The position numbers and the translations under genes were made by a program. 64,000 bases of DNA from Candidatus Micrarchaeia archaeon (GTDB taxonomy: Archaea > Micrarchaeota > Micrarchaeia > CABMEP01), in assembly GCA_038881595.1 (NCBI GenBank), contig JAVZPM010000001.1:192001-256000 (forward strand). The letters run 5' to 3'. Below, piece by piece: positions 32,901 through 41,637 of this stretch (its first letter is position 1; the number at the start of each line of letters is the position of its first letter). Below the pieces are notes generated by a model. The model did no database searches and was not told the DNA's origin. It worked only from the letters and a program-made list of their open reading frames with translations.

Positions 32901-34255
32901 ATATTGTTTCTTACTATTCAAAACTAAAAAGTGAGATAGAGAATATTTCAACGTCTGAGTCTATAGATATTTCTTCTTATATTAGAGACGCAGTTTATCG
33001 TGCAAGTAGAGGAAAATATGATGAAGCAATAAATTCTCTCGACAAGGCAAAGAAAGAAATATCTCAAGTTAGAGTTCAACGTTCAGAGAACGCATCACTT
33101 ACAGAGAGACTTGATAAGTTAAGCAATCATATTTTGCAACTTAAAAACAAATCAAATGAGATTTATGCAATAGCAACAAATCTTTCTTTATCTGATATAA
33201 ATGTAGAAGTTGCAAAACAAATATCAGAATTTGAGGTTGATTCACAATTAGCAAGAAATTATCTATTGAAAGGGGACGTTGCTAATGCAAAATCATTAAT
33301 CTCTAAGCTTGAAAAATTGGTTTCGTCTACAAAGGTCGATAATTCAATCTATACAAAGGAAAAGAAAATTTTAGATTCTCTAACTCAAACAGAAAGGAAG
33401 GTTGTAAATATAGGTAAATTTATAGACATTTCTTCACAAGTAGAGAAGCTTAACAAAATAAAATCTTCTATTTCATTGATAGAACCTGCAGTAGCAGTCC
33501 AAGATTATTATACTGCATTAATAAATCTTAATAATGCCTTTAATTTAATTAATGAAATAAATTCAAATATTGAAAACAGTTCTATTCAAATAAATGCACA
33601 ACTTGAAGCTAAATTAAAAATTTCAAAAGAAGTTCTGGATAAATGGAAAAAGAACAAGAAAATTATTCTTATTGCGTTTTCTATAGATAAAAATTCACCT
33701 ATAAAATCCATTCCAGAACCAATAAATGAGATATTAAATAAAATAAACATTACCGATTCGATGGTAAACGAGCTTAATATATTATATTCGAAACTTAATG
33801 GATATAAATTAGATGAGAGAATAAGTAATATTGCTGAATTCGATGAATTAGATTCAAAGACAGATAAAATACAAAAAGATATTGAATATTATGGCAAACT
33901 AGTAGATCAATATAAGAGTGCATCGAATGAAATAATAAAAGATGCAGGTTTACTCCTTGAAGAAAAGCTAAATAAAGGTTCTGCAAATGAAAAGAAGAAA
34001 GCTATAGATCTACAGCCAGTTCTTTCTTCTGCAAAGGAATTATATTCTACAGGAATGTATCTAAATTCAATGATGTTAACTCAATATGTAAGAGACGAGC
34101 TAATTTCAATTCCATCAAGTGAAGCAACTATAGATTTAACATTATTGATATATTTTGGTATAGTAATTATTACAATAGCGATTATATTAAAGATAATATC
34201 AAAAAAAGAACCACCAAAGATAGAACGAAAGATAGAAAAAATTAAACTAGATTAA
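29978..34255 (+). CDS. 1425-aa secreted, C-terminally anchored surface protein
   Basis: Signal peptide, helical segments around a beta-rich middle, C-terminal TM and basic tail. Confidence 0.75.
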   Translation: MNHSKRFSFFPLSFILIIFFFQLTFAVYPIISQSQREAVPINESLRSVEGIYSVFPFVDCSLIPEKYGGFGHCNNFVADFCIDNQFHLSQSIVPLTSEERIAMKSIIAKLESADNAVVSMKNKLLNLLVKKNCTYQILLYVPYATISNIVGILPSMDYEGFKRSPIKLSSFVVKVELKCEGVDIPIFSNLVDFVVDIITSFDRYLELQAAAYENSGEALNELFNLVIQQADSLYYEGAGYSNYSTSAYKFYNEKIKSFIYKSNQNQIEPTQSDLNSRDFSSYFIYVRNVSKKVSLERVNKLSNCEIAVMSSPQYIVAFNYLIDLYREIQEARATLRSDYDVAKSEATQKFIDAQTRYNILMNEKYWLINQSIVAYALNASQETTMQEGLVIPSDSLLQIKELLYGSGSSTSVKNLLDSANKDTENQVIFYYSKGIEKFRKATELSKFAINNSYKIETESDNVLISLNEKVRYKLENAYNSLSKYPVYDVTSASAYDLLNNKYQTAYSIYNNYNPSNTTKGERIVHLYNAALTLDEVISFASIKSSDIIELKKKSFKEALDELNLTIKKAQIDEIDITAELQLLNSKALLLGMNINNISFLEDSLKALIQAKEDIYSRAESVYSDIPSLRSRIYSIINSISPYINTYQYKNVIDQIDRMYFIDNSFNPKRCLGNYKSIKNNYSAVLEDLNKNAASLLSIYLSNKYSARTLFDTTPQVDSYTNITTYLEIKNDLSLSTNSQVVVQVRGIPYEVNSIIESEIPGIYAIKNKDYVSIYFPSINKTTSYLLKIKSYVKPSILTSKKTERLVLTNERLTEKITYEIDSIYDIDSLILTDNYWADECSVFMNNRMQTVRSYSNLSISLSNVKTGKQVIYATCTKNNPITYSTSGFTSSDNKISYTLQIKSNYEDLSDVDYVLEIMGSADEIQSDSIRVYDSKGQITKNFQFYRSGDKYYAKWFIPILSSEYQNYTVSYLTTDIVSYYSKLKSEIENISTSESIDISSYIRDAVYRASRGKYDEAINSLDKAKKEISQVRVQRSENASLTERLDKLSNHILQLKNKSNEIYAIATNLSLSDINVEVAKQISEFEVDSQLARNYLLKGDVANAKSLISKLEKLVSSTKVDNSIYTKEKKILDSLTQTERKVVNIGKFIDISSQVEKLNKIKSSISLIEPAVAVQDYYTALINLNNAFNLINEINSNIENSSIQINAQLEAKLKISKEVLDKWKKNKKIILIAFSIDKNSPIKSIPEPINEILNKINITDSMVNELNILYSKLNGYKLDERISNIAEFDELDSKTDKIQKDIEYYGKLVDQYKSASNEIIKDAGLLLEEKLNKGSANEKKKAIDLQPVLSSAKELYSTGMYLNSMMLTQYVRDELISIPSSEATIDLTLLIYFGIVIITIAIILKIISKKEPPKIERKIEKIKLD

Positions 34256-34292
34256 ATTTACATACAAAAATAAAAAAATAAGATTAAAAAAG

Positions 34293-34460
34293 TTAGTAGT
34301 CTTCGTCTTCGTATTCTTCCTCTTCATCTACCCAATCATCCTCGAATTCTTCCTCTTCATCTAGTTCTTCTTCTTCATCTTCATCCTCGAATTCTTCCTC
34401 TTCATCTAGTTCTTCTTCTTCATCTTCTTCCTCTAGTTTCTTAGGATTTCCTTTTGGCAT
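34293..34460 (-). CDS. 55-aa hyper-acidic microprotein
   Basis: MPKGNPKKLEEEDEEEELDEEEEFEDEDEEEELDEEEEFEDDWVDEEEEYEDEDY*; AGGTGA SD upstream; below the ORF-track cutoff. Confidence 0.75.
   Translation of the reverse strand: MPKGNPKKLEEEDEEEELDEEEEFEDEDEEEELDEEEEFEDDWVDEEEEYEDEDY
34336..34425. repeat. Exact 45-nt tandem duplication inside the acidic ORF
   Basis: TCATCCTCGAATTCTTCCTCTTCATCTAGTTCTTCTTCTTCATCT occurs twice in tandem. Confidence 0.9.
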
Positions 34461-34568
34461 ACTCTCACCTTGTAAGGTAAAATATCTGTGGTATATACAT
34501 AATTAAGTATTAAAAATCTTTTTAATTTCACCAATCATTTATATGCTTTAATTAATCGATTTTATATA

Positions 34569-35078
34569 TTACATTTTGATAGAATTTAATTTTATGTAGT
34601 CAACCTTTTTATTTTCTCTTACAATTGCAATAATAAGATTCTTTTTAGCAATTTGAGCAATTCTTAGTAATCTATATATCTCTAATATAGTAATCTTTTC
34701 TCTATCGGAAATCACTTCTATCAAGAAACTACTCTTCCCTTCTCCAGGTCTTATACCTTTCTCATAGGCCCTTAAATGTGTTCCAAATATATATCCAGAT
34801 TTTAGTATATATCCTTTTTCTCTAAGGTCTGAATAGACAGTATATTTAATATCAATATCCTTTTCTTTTTTTCTAAATTCTTTCATTAATTCTTTAAATT
34901 CAATTTTTTTATTTTTAGATTCAACCATTATTCTCTTATTTTCTAACAAATACAGTGCTTCATATGGGGAAAGAATAAGTCTTTGTTCTTTGTCAAGAGT
35001 TCCATATCCTCTTTCCGTTAATAATTTAATCATTTTAGGATCTTCTTCAACAACAAAATTTTCTAGCAGATAAGCCAT
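34569..35078 (-). CDS. endA: tRNA-splicing endonuclease subunit (probably structural)
   Basis: LSPYEALYL, Y.VY.DLREKGY..KSG..FGTHLRAY, AKKNLIIAIV; Lys at the expected catalytic His position. Confidence 0.85.
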   Translation of the reverse strand: MAYLLENFVVEEDPKMIKLLTERGYGTLDKEQRLILSPYEALYLLENKRIMVESKNKKIEFKELMKEFRKKEKDIDIKYTVYSDLREKGYILKSGYIFGTHLRAYEKGIRPGEGKSSFLIEVISDREKITILEIYRLLRIAQIAKKNLIIAIVRENKKVDYIKLNSIKM

Positions 35079-35173
35079 AAAATCACACACCTTATTTAAA
35101 AGTCTGTGAACATTATAATCATCGTATATTAAGCTTTATAAATTTCTCTGATAAAATATATTCGGTGATACTA

Positions 35174-35560
35174 ATGGCAGAAGAAATGAAAGAGGAGATT
35201 AAAGAAGCAGTTGAAGGAGAGGCAGAAATTGCTCCAGAAGAAGATGAGAGACTTCCTTTCCCAACCGCGAGAGTTGTAAGAATATTAAAAGAAAACATGA
35301 CAAAACCACATCAGATAAGAGCAGAAGTAAAAATAGCAGCCAATGAATTTCTCGGTGAAATCCTAAAAGATATTGCAAAAGAAATGGATAAGGAAGAGGT
35401 TTTCACGCTTTCAACCGAGCACTTTAACAAGGCAATAAAGAAGTATAAAATGATAGAATACCAACAAAAGAGGATTGAAAGAATAAAGAAACTTCTTGAG
35501 AAACAGAAGGCAGAAGTAGAAGAAGTAATAATAGAGATTGATCTTTCAAGAGATCTCTAA
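35174..35560 (+). CDS. Histone-fold protein with acidic N-terminus and C-terminal coiled coil
   Basis: LPFPTARVVRILKE...I..E...A..EFL...IAKE...TL..EHF..A pattern. Confidence 0.7.
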   Translation: MAEEMKEEIKEAVEGEAEIAPEEDERLPFPTARVVRILKENMTKPHQIRAEVKIAANEFLGEILKDIAKEMDKEEVFTLSTEHFNKAIKKYKMIEYQQKRIERIKKLLEKQKAEVEEVIIEIDLSRDL

Positions 35561-35599
35561 ATTATAATTCTTTTTCATTTTCTTTTATTTAGTGGTTAA

Positions 35600-37000
35600 A
35601 TGGCAGAAGAGAGAAAAAAAGACTACAGCTTTGAATTACTAGGCGCGTTAGTTCTTTTTCTTCTCTTAGCCCTACTCTGCTATTTTCATGTTATATGTCC
35701 TCTTCCTTCTTGTCCAGAAGGATTAGTTCAGTGCAATAACTGTCCTGGAAATTGCTGTTTGCCAGATGGTAGTTGTCCGTGTCCAGCCGGTTCAGTCCCA
35801 TGCAGTACATATTGTCCTCAAACAATAAACTGCCCAAGCGGATGCTGCAACATAGATACATGTGCATGTACTGCAACTCCACAATGTCCACCGAATACAG
35901 TTTGGAGTGAATCAAGAGGATGCTGTCTGTTTATTTCCGGTCCAAATGCAGGTAAGTGTGCAGAGATATGCAATGTTGATCCAAAAAGAGTGAAATGTCC
36001 TTTAAGAGGACTAGACGCTTGTGATTCAAACAACTGCTGTCCATTAGGCTCATTAGGATGGGATGATTCTCAAAAATGTTGTGTAGATGCGTTAGGGACA
36101 TGCATTCTAAGTTGCCTGATTGACAATACAAGAACCGGTTGTCCAACTCCAGGTATAGGGGGATGTGATGCAACAAGCTGTTGTCCAAAGGATACATATT
36201 GGGACAGCCAGAAAGAATGTTGCATTTATGAAAATGGATTCTGCTATGGAGATCCCTGTGCAAATGTTCAATGTCCACCAGAGCAAGTTTGTATAAATGG
36301 AAGTTGCAAACTTCAAGTCAATCTATGTGAAGGGGTTTTTTGCAATGAAGGCCAAATTTGCGATCCTTCAACTGGTTTATGTTCAGATCCATGTAAAAAT
36401 GTATTCTGTCCAGCTGGCCAAATATGTATTAATGGAAAGTGTGAAATCGATCAATGTTACAATGTTCAATGTCCAGAAGGCCATGTTTGCATAAATGGAA
36501 ATTGTATATACCAATGTGAAGGAAAGATATGTCCAGCAGGCCAAGAGTGTGATCCAGCGACTGGAATCTGCCGAGATAAAAAGTGCAGTTCAGCAACCCA
36601 ATGCAAAATCTGTGATTTGGGACTTGGTGTTTGTGGAGGGATTCCAGGTTCGAGGCAATGCTCATCAGATGATAATTGCAAGAATGTTGAATGCCTGGCT
36701 TCAGGTACGTGTGGTGTAAGCGGAGGGACTGGTGGAAATGGGGGGGAAGGTTCTAATTTAGTTAGTTGCAATTATAAAGGGCCATATAGTGCCTGTCCTT
36801 CAGACATAATATGTTCGATTGGATGTGCAGAAGGGATAAAATGTGCAGATCCACGTCTTCCTGAGGGTGAGTGCAAAGGAGTGGGAGAAACATGCAGTAG
36901 CTCAACAGAATGCTGCTGTGGAAACAGTTGTCAGATTGTAAACGGGCAAGGATTCTGCTGTCCAGGTGGATTATGGCAATGCGGCTATCAATTTGACTAA
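35600..37000 (+). CDS. Membrane-anchored cysteine-rich repeat protein
   Basis: N-terminal TM; about 78 Cys in 466 aa (hand count); repeated C..V.CP.GQ.CING.C units. Confidence 0.8.
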   Translation: MAEERKKDYSFELLGALVLFLLLALLCYFHVICPLPSCPEGLVQCNNCPGNCCLPDGSCPCPAGSVPCSTYCPQTINCPSGCCNIDTCACTATPQCPPNTVWSESRGCCLFISGPNAGKCAEICNVDPKRVKCPLRGLDACDSNNCCPLGSLGWDDSQKCCVDALGTCILSCLIDNTRTGCPTPGIGGCDATSCCPKDTYWDSQKECCIYENGFCYGDPCANVQCPPEQVCINGSCKLQVNLCEGVFCNEGQICDPSTGLCSDPCKNVFCPAGQICINGKCEIDQCYNVQCPEGHVCINGNCIYQCEGKICPAGQECDPATGICRDKKCSSATQCKICDLGLGVCGGIPGSRQCSSDDNCKNVECLASGTCGVSGGTGGNGGEGSNLVSCNYKGPYSACPSDIICSIGCAEGIKCADPRLPEGECKGVGETCSSSTECCCGNSCQIVNGQGFCCPGGLWQCGYQFD

Positions 37001-37059
37001 TACAGAGCTGTCTTTGTTAATAAAAAGTAATTAATTTAATATTATAATTTTAATTATTT

Positions 37060-38370
37060 TTAGTTATTTTCTGACATTATTCTTTTAATTATATAATCCT
37101 TGTCAAATGGGATTAAGTCATCGTATTCTTGTCCTATACCTATAAATAATATAGGAACTCCAGTTGCCTTCTTTACAGATATTATGGTTCCGCCTTTTAC
37201 ATCAACATCTAATTTTGTAAGTATAACTCCATCAATTTTTATTGCTTCATTAAACTCTGAAACCTGGATAAGTAATGCATTTCCTGCTATTCCTTCCCCT
37301 ACAAAAACTTTCATATTAGGAGAAACAACTCTTTCTATTTTTTTAAGTTGCTCAATTAAATTTCTATTAGTTTCTTGCCTTCCTGCGCTATCTATTAAAA
37401 CAACATCAAGACCTTTTGCCTCAGCATACTTAACTGCATCAAATGCAACTGCAGCAGGGTCAGACCCATAGTCGTGCTTTATATAAGGGATTTCAAGCCT
37501 CTTTGCATGCTCAATTGTCTGCTCTATAGCTGCGGCCCTGAATGTATCTGAAGCAGAGATAACGCAATTTAGGCCGTTTTTCTTAAAGTAATGTGCTACT
37601 TTTGCTATAGTCGTAGTTTTCCCTGCTCCATTTGGCCCTATAAACAGTATTTTATATGGTTTTCCAGTTGTTTGTTTGTACCTTTTTACCTCATTTATAA
37701 GATCAATTCTTTCTTGTTCTATTACCTTTTCTATTGATTCGTAAATAGAATCTAGTATGTATGATTCGATACTGCTTGATTTAACACTTTTTCCAACGAG
37801 CCTATTTCTTAGATCGCTGATTATTTCCTCTGCAACAGGAAGGGCTACATCAGCTGTCAAAAGCTGCATTTCAAAATCCTCAAGCGCTGTTTTTACATCA
37901 TTCTCTTTTATTGTAACTTCTGGAGCTATCATAGACTTTACTTTTGTGAGAAAAGTAGTCTTAACCTTTATTTCCGCTTCCTTTAAATCTGACTGGAGAG
38001 GTTTTCCTTTTTTCATTTCTTCTTTAATTTCACCTTTCTCTAAAATCGTGCTTTCTTTCTGGAGTTTTTCCATCTTTTTTTCCATTTCTTCTTTTTTAAC
38101 TTGTTTTTCAGCAGGTTTTGTACCTATATCCTCTTTTAACATGTTTTTATTTTCTTTTTCAACATCTTGTTCTGGAACTGGAACAGGTTTTTCATGCTTA
38201 ATTTCACTTGTCTTTTGAAGGGTTTCAAGAGTAGCGACTTCTTCAGTTTTCTTTTTTTCGCTTATTTCTTCTTTTATTTCTTCTGCTTTTTTCTCTTCTT
38301 TTTCACCAGAAATAGATTTTGTAATAGTATCAACTAAACCAGTGATTTTCTTTTTTAAAATTCCAAACAT
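37060..38370 (-). CDS. ftsY: SRP receptor FtsY
   Basis: GPNGAGKTT, DTFRAAA, DSAGR, TKLD. Confidence 0.95.
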   Translation of the reverse strand: MFGILKKKITGLVDTITKSISGEKEEKKAEEIKEEISEKKKTEEVATLETLQKTSEIKHEKPVPVPEQDVEKENKNMLKEDIGTKPAEKQVKKEEMEKKMEKLQKESTILEKGEIKEEMKKGKPLQSDLKEAEIKVKTTFLTKVKSMIAPEVTIKENDVKTALEDFEMQLLTADVALPVAEEIISDLRNRLVGKSVKSSSIESYILDSIYESIEKVIEQERIDLINEVKRYKQTTGKPYKILFIGPNGAGKTTTIAKVAHYFKKNGLNCVISASDTFRAAAIEQTIEHAKRLEIPYIKHDYGSDPAAVAFDAVKYAEAKGLDVVLIDSAGRQETNRNLIEQLKKIERVVSPNMKVFVGEGIAGNALLIQVSEFNEAIKIDGVILTKLDVDVKGGTIISVKKATGVPILFIGIGQEYDDLIPFDKDYIIKRIMSENN

Positions 38371-38421
38371 AAAATCACTGACTTTAATAAGCAAATATTG
38401 ATAATTAATTTATAAATAAAG

Positions 38422-38841
38422 TTATTCACTTTCTTTTTTTTCTGCCATTATTCTTCTCGCTTCTATGTCTATCTCTTTAAGTCTATTTGATATTGCTTCC
38501 ATACTCTTTATCAGATCATTCTTTGCTTCATCTAATTCTTTTTTCTTTCCTTCTAGGAATTTGATAGCATCTTCAACACTTGTTTCTGTAAATACGTTTG
38601 CACCTACATTCATAAGTAGTTTATTTGTTTCTTTAAGTTCTCCTTTAATAAATATACCTGAACCTATGTTAAACAATGTAAGATTATTCTCTTTAAGTGC
38701 TCTGAGCGCTTCTATTGTTTTATTTATTTCTGCTTCTACTTGTGCTATTGCCCTCATTTGATTTTCTATTTCACGGGCATAATGTTGATGATATGAAGCT
38801 TCAGCAGCGAGCTGTTCAAATTGTTCTTCTAAACTTACCAT
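38422..38841 (-). CDS. pfdA: Prefoldin alpha subunit
   Basis: Coiled coils flanking IGSG/VGAN hairpins; operon position. Confidence 0.9.
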   Translation of the reverse strand: MVSLEEQFEQLAAEASYHQHYAREIENQMRAIAQVEAEINKTIEALRALKENNLTLFNIGSGIFIKGELKETNKLLMNVGANVFTETSVEDAIKFLEGKKKELDEAKNDLIKSMEAISNRLKEIDIEARRIMAEKKESE

Positions 38842-38853
38842 AAAATCACTAGT

Positions 38854-39027
38854 TCACATATTTTCTACTTTTTCTATTATAATATCTTTTCTTCTTAAGC
38901 CATGATCATTTCCCATAATTGAATACAATTTATGAATTGCAAATTTCTCGCTTTCAGCTTCTATTATCTTGCTAAATTTTTGTTCTTTATTTTTCATTTT
39001 TATCTTTCCGATTATCCTGAATTTCAT
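38854..39027 (-). CDS. rplX: 50S ribosomal protein L18Ae/LX
   Basis: FSK.IEA.SE..A...LYS..G..H..RR..I.I. Confidence 0.88.
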   Translation of the reverse strand: MKFRIIGKIKMKNKEQKFSKIIEAESEKFAIHKLYSIMGNDHGLRRKDIIIEKVENM

Positions 39028-39061
39028 GTCATTCACCTTTTTGTTATATTCGATAAATATA

Positions 39062-39406
39062 TTAATGAACTTTCAATCCATTTTCAGTTTTTTCACTTGT
39101 AGTGATAAGTATTATCTTTCCTTCTGAATTTTCAACAGCTAAAAGCATTCCATTAGATTCAACACCTCTAATCTTTCTAGGTTCTAGATTCGCCATAATA
39201 ATTATTTGTTTTCCTATTATTTCTTCTGGTTTATACATATTTGCTATTCCTGCAACGAGCTGTCTTTGTTCGTATCCTAAGTCTATTTTCAATTTCAATA
39301 ATTTGTCTGAGCCTTCTATCTTTTCAGCTTCTAATACAGTTGCAGTTCTTAGATCGATTTTTAAAAAAGTATTGTAATCAATTTTTTCTGAAATATTTTG
39401 TTCCAA
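39062..39406 (-). CDS. Stand-alone tRNA-binding OB fold (MetRS C-terminal/Trbp111-like)
   Basis: KIDLR, DKLLKLKIDLG, NLEPRKIRGVESNGMLLA. Confidence 0.9.
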   Translation of the reverse strand: MEQNISEKIDYNTFLKIDLRTATVLEAEKIEGSDKLLKLKIDLGYEQRQLVAGIANMYKPEEIIGKQIIIMANLEPRKIRGVESNGMLLAVENSEGKIILITTSEKTENGLKVH

Positions 39407-39422
39407 ATTATCACCATTAAGC

Positions 39423-40112
39423 TTACATGAATCCTAATGATTCAATGATTCTTTGTTGCTCAAATGCAGTAGTAGCTTCTCCAAAGATTACAGAATGATT
39501 ATTTCCAACAAGGCATAGAGATACAAATGGAACTCCACCATTTGCAGTGCTTACTCCACCTTTTATTTCTAGGAAATTTTCTATCATATCTAATTCATTA
39601 TTATTAAGGTTAGGATGGGCTACAAACCCATTATCATTTGCAAAGACTACACTTCCAATAACATTAAACTTTTCTAATTGCAATGATTCAACTTCCACAT
39701 CTAGTACATCTCTTATTGTTTTTACTAGATTTTTATCTTTCATTTTTGGATTGATTATGCATTTTTTATTATTTACAACTAAATTGTTAGATATTGCGGT
39801 GAATTCAGTATCTAGTATTTCAACATTTATATCAATTCCGGTTTCTTTAATTTTTCTTTTTACTAAATTTAATTCTTCTTCAAGAATAACTTTCGAAAAT
39901 AATATTCCTTTATCATTCATTACGGAATAAAGTCCAGTTAAAGGACTTCCAAATATATTCACACTAATATCTACAGTTCCGAGTATTTCGCATACTCTTG
40001 AGAATTTTTCTGGTTTATTTATTGGCATTAAGGTAATTTTTGAATTACTCTTCATAAATAGGCCAATATATGGGTTTCCATAGAAGCCTATTTTTTGCAG
40101 TTTACTTACCAT
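39423..40112 (-). CDS. eif6: Translation initiation factor 6
   Basis: GNPYIG, STANGG.PFV, GEATT.FE. Confidence 0.92.
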   Translation of the reverse strand: MVSKLQKIGFYGNPYIGLFMKSNSKITLMPINKPEKFSRVCEILGTVDISVNIFGSPLTGLYSVMNDKGILFSKVILEEELNLVKRKIKETGIDINVEILDTEFTAISNNLVVNNKKCIINPKMKDKNLVKTIRDVLDVEVESLQLEKFNVIGSVVFANDNGFVAHPNLNNNELDMIENFLEIKGGVSTANGGVPFVSLCLVGNNHSVIFGEATTAFEQQRIIESLGFM

Positions 40113-40124
40113 TTTTCTCACAAC

Positions 40125-40442
40125 TTATTCTTTCTTTTTTTCTTCTTCCTTTGGTTCTTTTTTATCTTTCTTTTCTTCCTTTACTTCATTTTGTGGGAGT
40201 GTTACTAAAACTATTCCTGTTTTTTCATCCTTTGTTATTTTTACTTTAATTCTTTTTAGTGGAAATCTACTTCCATTTTTATATATCTCTTTTGTGACTG
40301 CATTATCGATTTTAACATCAAAGTAATTTGCCTTAGCATGTCTTGCTGTTAATTCTCTAAGTAGCTTAATTACAACCTGTCTTCTTTTTGTTCTTGGCTT
40401 TTCATAAGCCTTCTTCAAATTTAAAATCATTAATTTTTCCAT
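40125..40442 (-). CDS. rpl31e: 50S ribosomal protein L31e
   Basis: NLKKAY..PRTKR...RH.K...VKID; operon position. Confidence 0.88.
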   Translation of the reverse strand: MEKLMILNLKKAYEKPRTKRRQVVIKLLRELTARHAKANYFDVKIDNAVTKEIYKNGSRFPLKRIKVKITKDEKTGIVLVTLPQNEVKEEKKDKKEPKEEEKKKE

Positions 40443-40450
40443 ACGATCAC

Positions 40451-40618
40451 CTACTCTTTCTCTCTCGCTCTAAGTTTTTGACTTCTCCAATGTCTTCTTG
40501 ATGGAGTTGTATTTACTCTTCTTCCAGTTTTCAACCTAACAAAGATTGGAACAGGTCTTGCTGATTTAGCTGCACTGACCAATCTCTTTTTCTTTTGAGC
40601 AGATTTTTTGCTTCCCAT
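40451..40618 (-). CDS. rpl39e: 50S ribosomal protein L39e
   Basis: Hand translation MGSKKSAQKKKRLVSAAKSARPVPIFVRLKTGRR...RRHWRSQKL. Confidence 0.9.
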   Translation of the reverse strand: MGSKKSAQKKKRLVSAAKSARPVPIFVRLKTGRRVNTTPSRRHWRSQKLRAREKE

Positions 40619-40619
40619 A

Positions 40620-40892
40620 TTATTTCCTCCTTATATGAATTTTAGTTTCTGGCTGTTTTGAAACAGCCAAATTCATGTTTAGTATCGTTAATAATTCCTT
40701 TTCAGTTATTCTTCTTCTTACTTTTTGGTAATAATGAATTAACGCATTAGCAACTTTTAGATAAAGTTCTGGATTAGAAAGTCTTACATTCATGAGGCGA
40801 GTATAAGCATTATCTTCCAAAATAACACTTAATGTCTTTTTTAGCTGGAGTTCAGCTTGCTGAGCAGCCAGAATTTTATCCTCTTCCTCCAA
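40620..40892 (-). CDS. PDCD5/TFAR19-like DNA-binding protein
   Basis: LE..AYTRL.NVRLSNPE...IT...L...KIHIRRK. Confidence 0.88.
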   Translation of the reverse strand: MEEEDKILAAQQAELQLKKTLSVILEDNAYTRLMNVRLSNPELYLKVANALIHYYQKVRRRITEKELLTILNMNLAVSKQPETKIHIRRK

Positions 40893-40904
40893 GATCTCAC
40901 CTTC

Positions 40905-41321
40905 TTACTTTCTTGAAATTTCTTTCGCTACGCTATTAAGAAGAGAGATCCCTTTATTTGAAATATGTCTTCCTTTTTTATCCTTAGTTATTAGATTTGC
41001 TTTTTCAAGTTGTTGCAATGCTTTTCTGATAATAGAACCACCAGCTTTAGTAGTATGCATTCTTCCGCTTTTACTTCCAGGCTTTCCTCCAAATCTTTCT
41101 CTAAGAGTATTGACACCCATCGGACCTTCAATATAAAGCGCTCTCAATATAGCTGCGCATCTTACATACCAGAAGTCTTCATCTTGTGGGACTCTTTCTC
41201 TGTGTGGTCCTGTTTTAACATATATTATCCATTCAGGTGGAGAAACCATTCCATCTTCTTTAAGTTTTTGAGCAACTCCTTTTATAAGTTTATTTGGCTC
41301 TACATCAAATACAGTAATCAT
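40905..41321 (-). CDS. rps19e: 30S ribosomal protein S19e
   Basis: PPEW..VKTG..RE..P...WYVRCAAILR; IIRKALQQLE. Confidence 0.95.
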   Translation of the reverse strand: MITVFDVEPNKLIKGVAQKLKEDGMVSPPEWIIYVKTGPHRERVPQDEDFWYVRCAAILRALYIEGPMGVNTLRERFGGKPGSKSGRMHTTKAGGSIIRKALQQLEKANLITKDKKGRHISNKGISLLNSVAKEISRK

Positions 41322-41322
41322 T

Positions 41323-41622
41323 TCAATCCCTCTTTTTAGCATACCCAAAGCGCCGCACTGATCCGCATGAGCACACATATTCAACGGATTTGCTTCGCTT
41401 GTTTAATTTTATTTTAACATTATATCCTGGAATCCATATTATATTACATATCTTGCATATTCTTTTTTTAAATCTTTTCGGAATAGCGACTCTGTATCTT
41501 GAAGAGAGTTTCCTTGCAAGAGATACATATCTTTTAGTTCTTTCTTGTTTTGTCTTTGCGTATTTTTCTGCAAGTCCAAGAAGCCATTCTATTCTCTCAA
41601 GAACCAGCTTCTCTTTATTCAT
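41323..41622 (-). CDS. rnp4: RNase P protein component 4 (Rpp21)
   Basis: ERI..L, RYV.LAR, CK.C...C.CG zinc ribbon. Confidence 0.9.
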   Translation of the reverse strand: MNKEKLVLERIEWLLGLAEKYAKTKQERTKRYVSLARKLSSRYRVAIPKRFKKRICKICNIIWIPGYNVKIKLNKRSKSVEYVCSCGSVRRFGYAKKRD

Positions 41623-41637
41623 TTTGAAACCTTTAAA

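Noticed and set aside
34336..34425. Direct repeat considered as a CRISPR array
   Set aside because: Two adjacent copies without spacer, in frame within a coding sequence.
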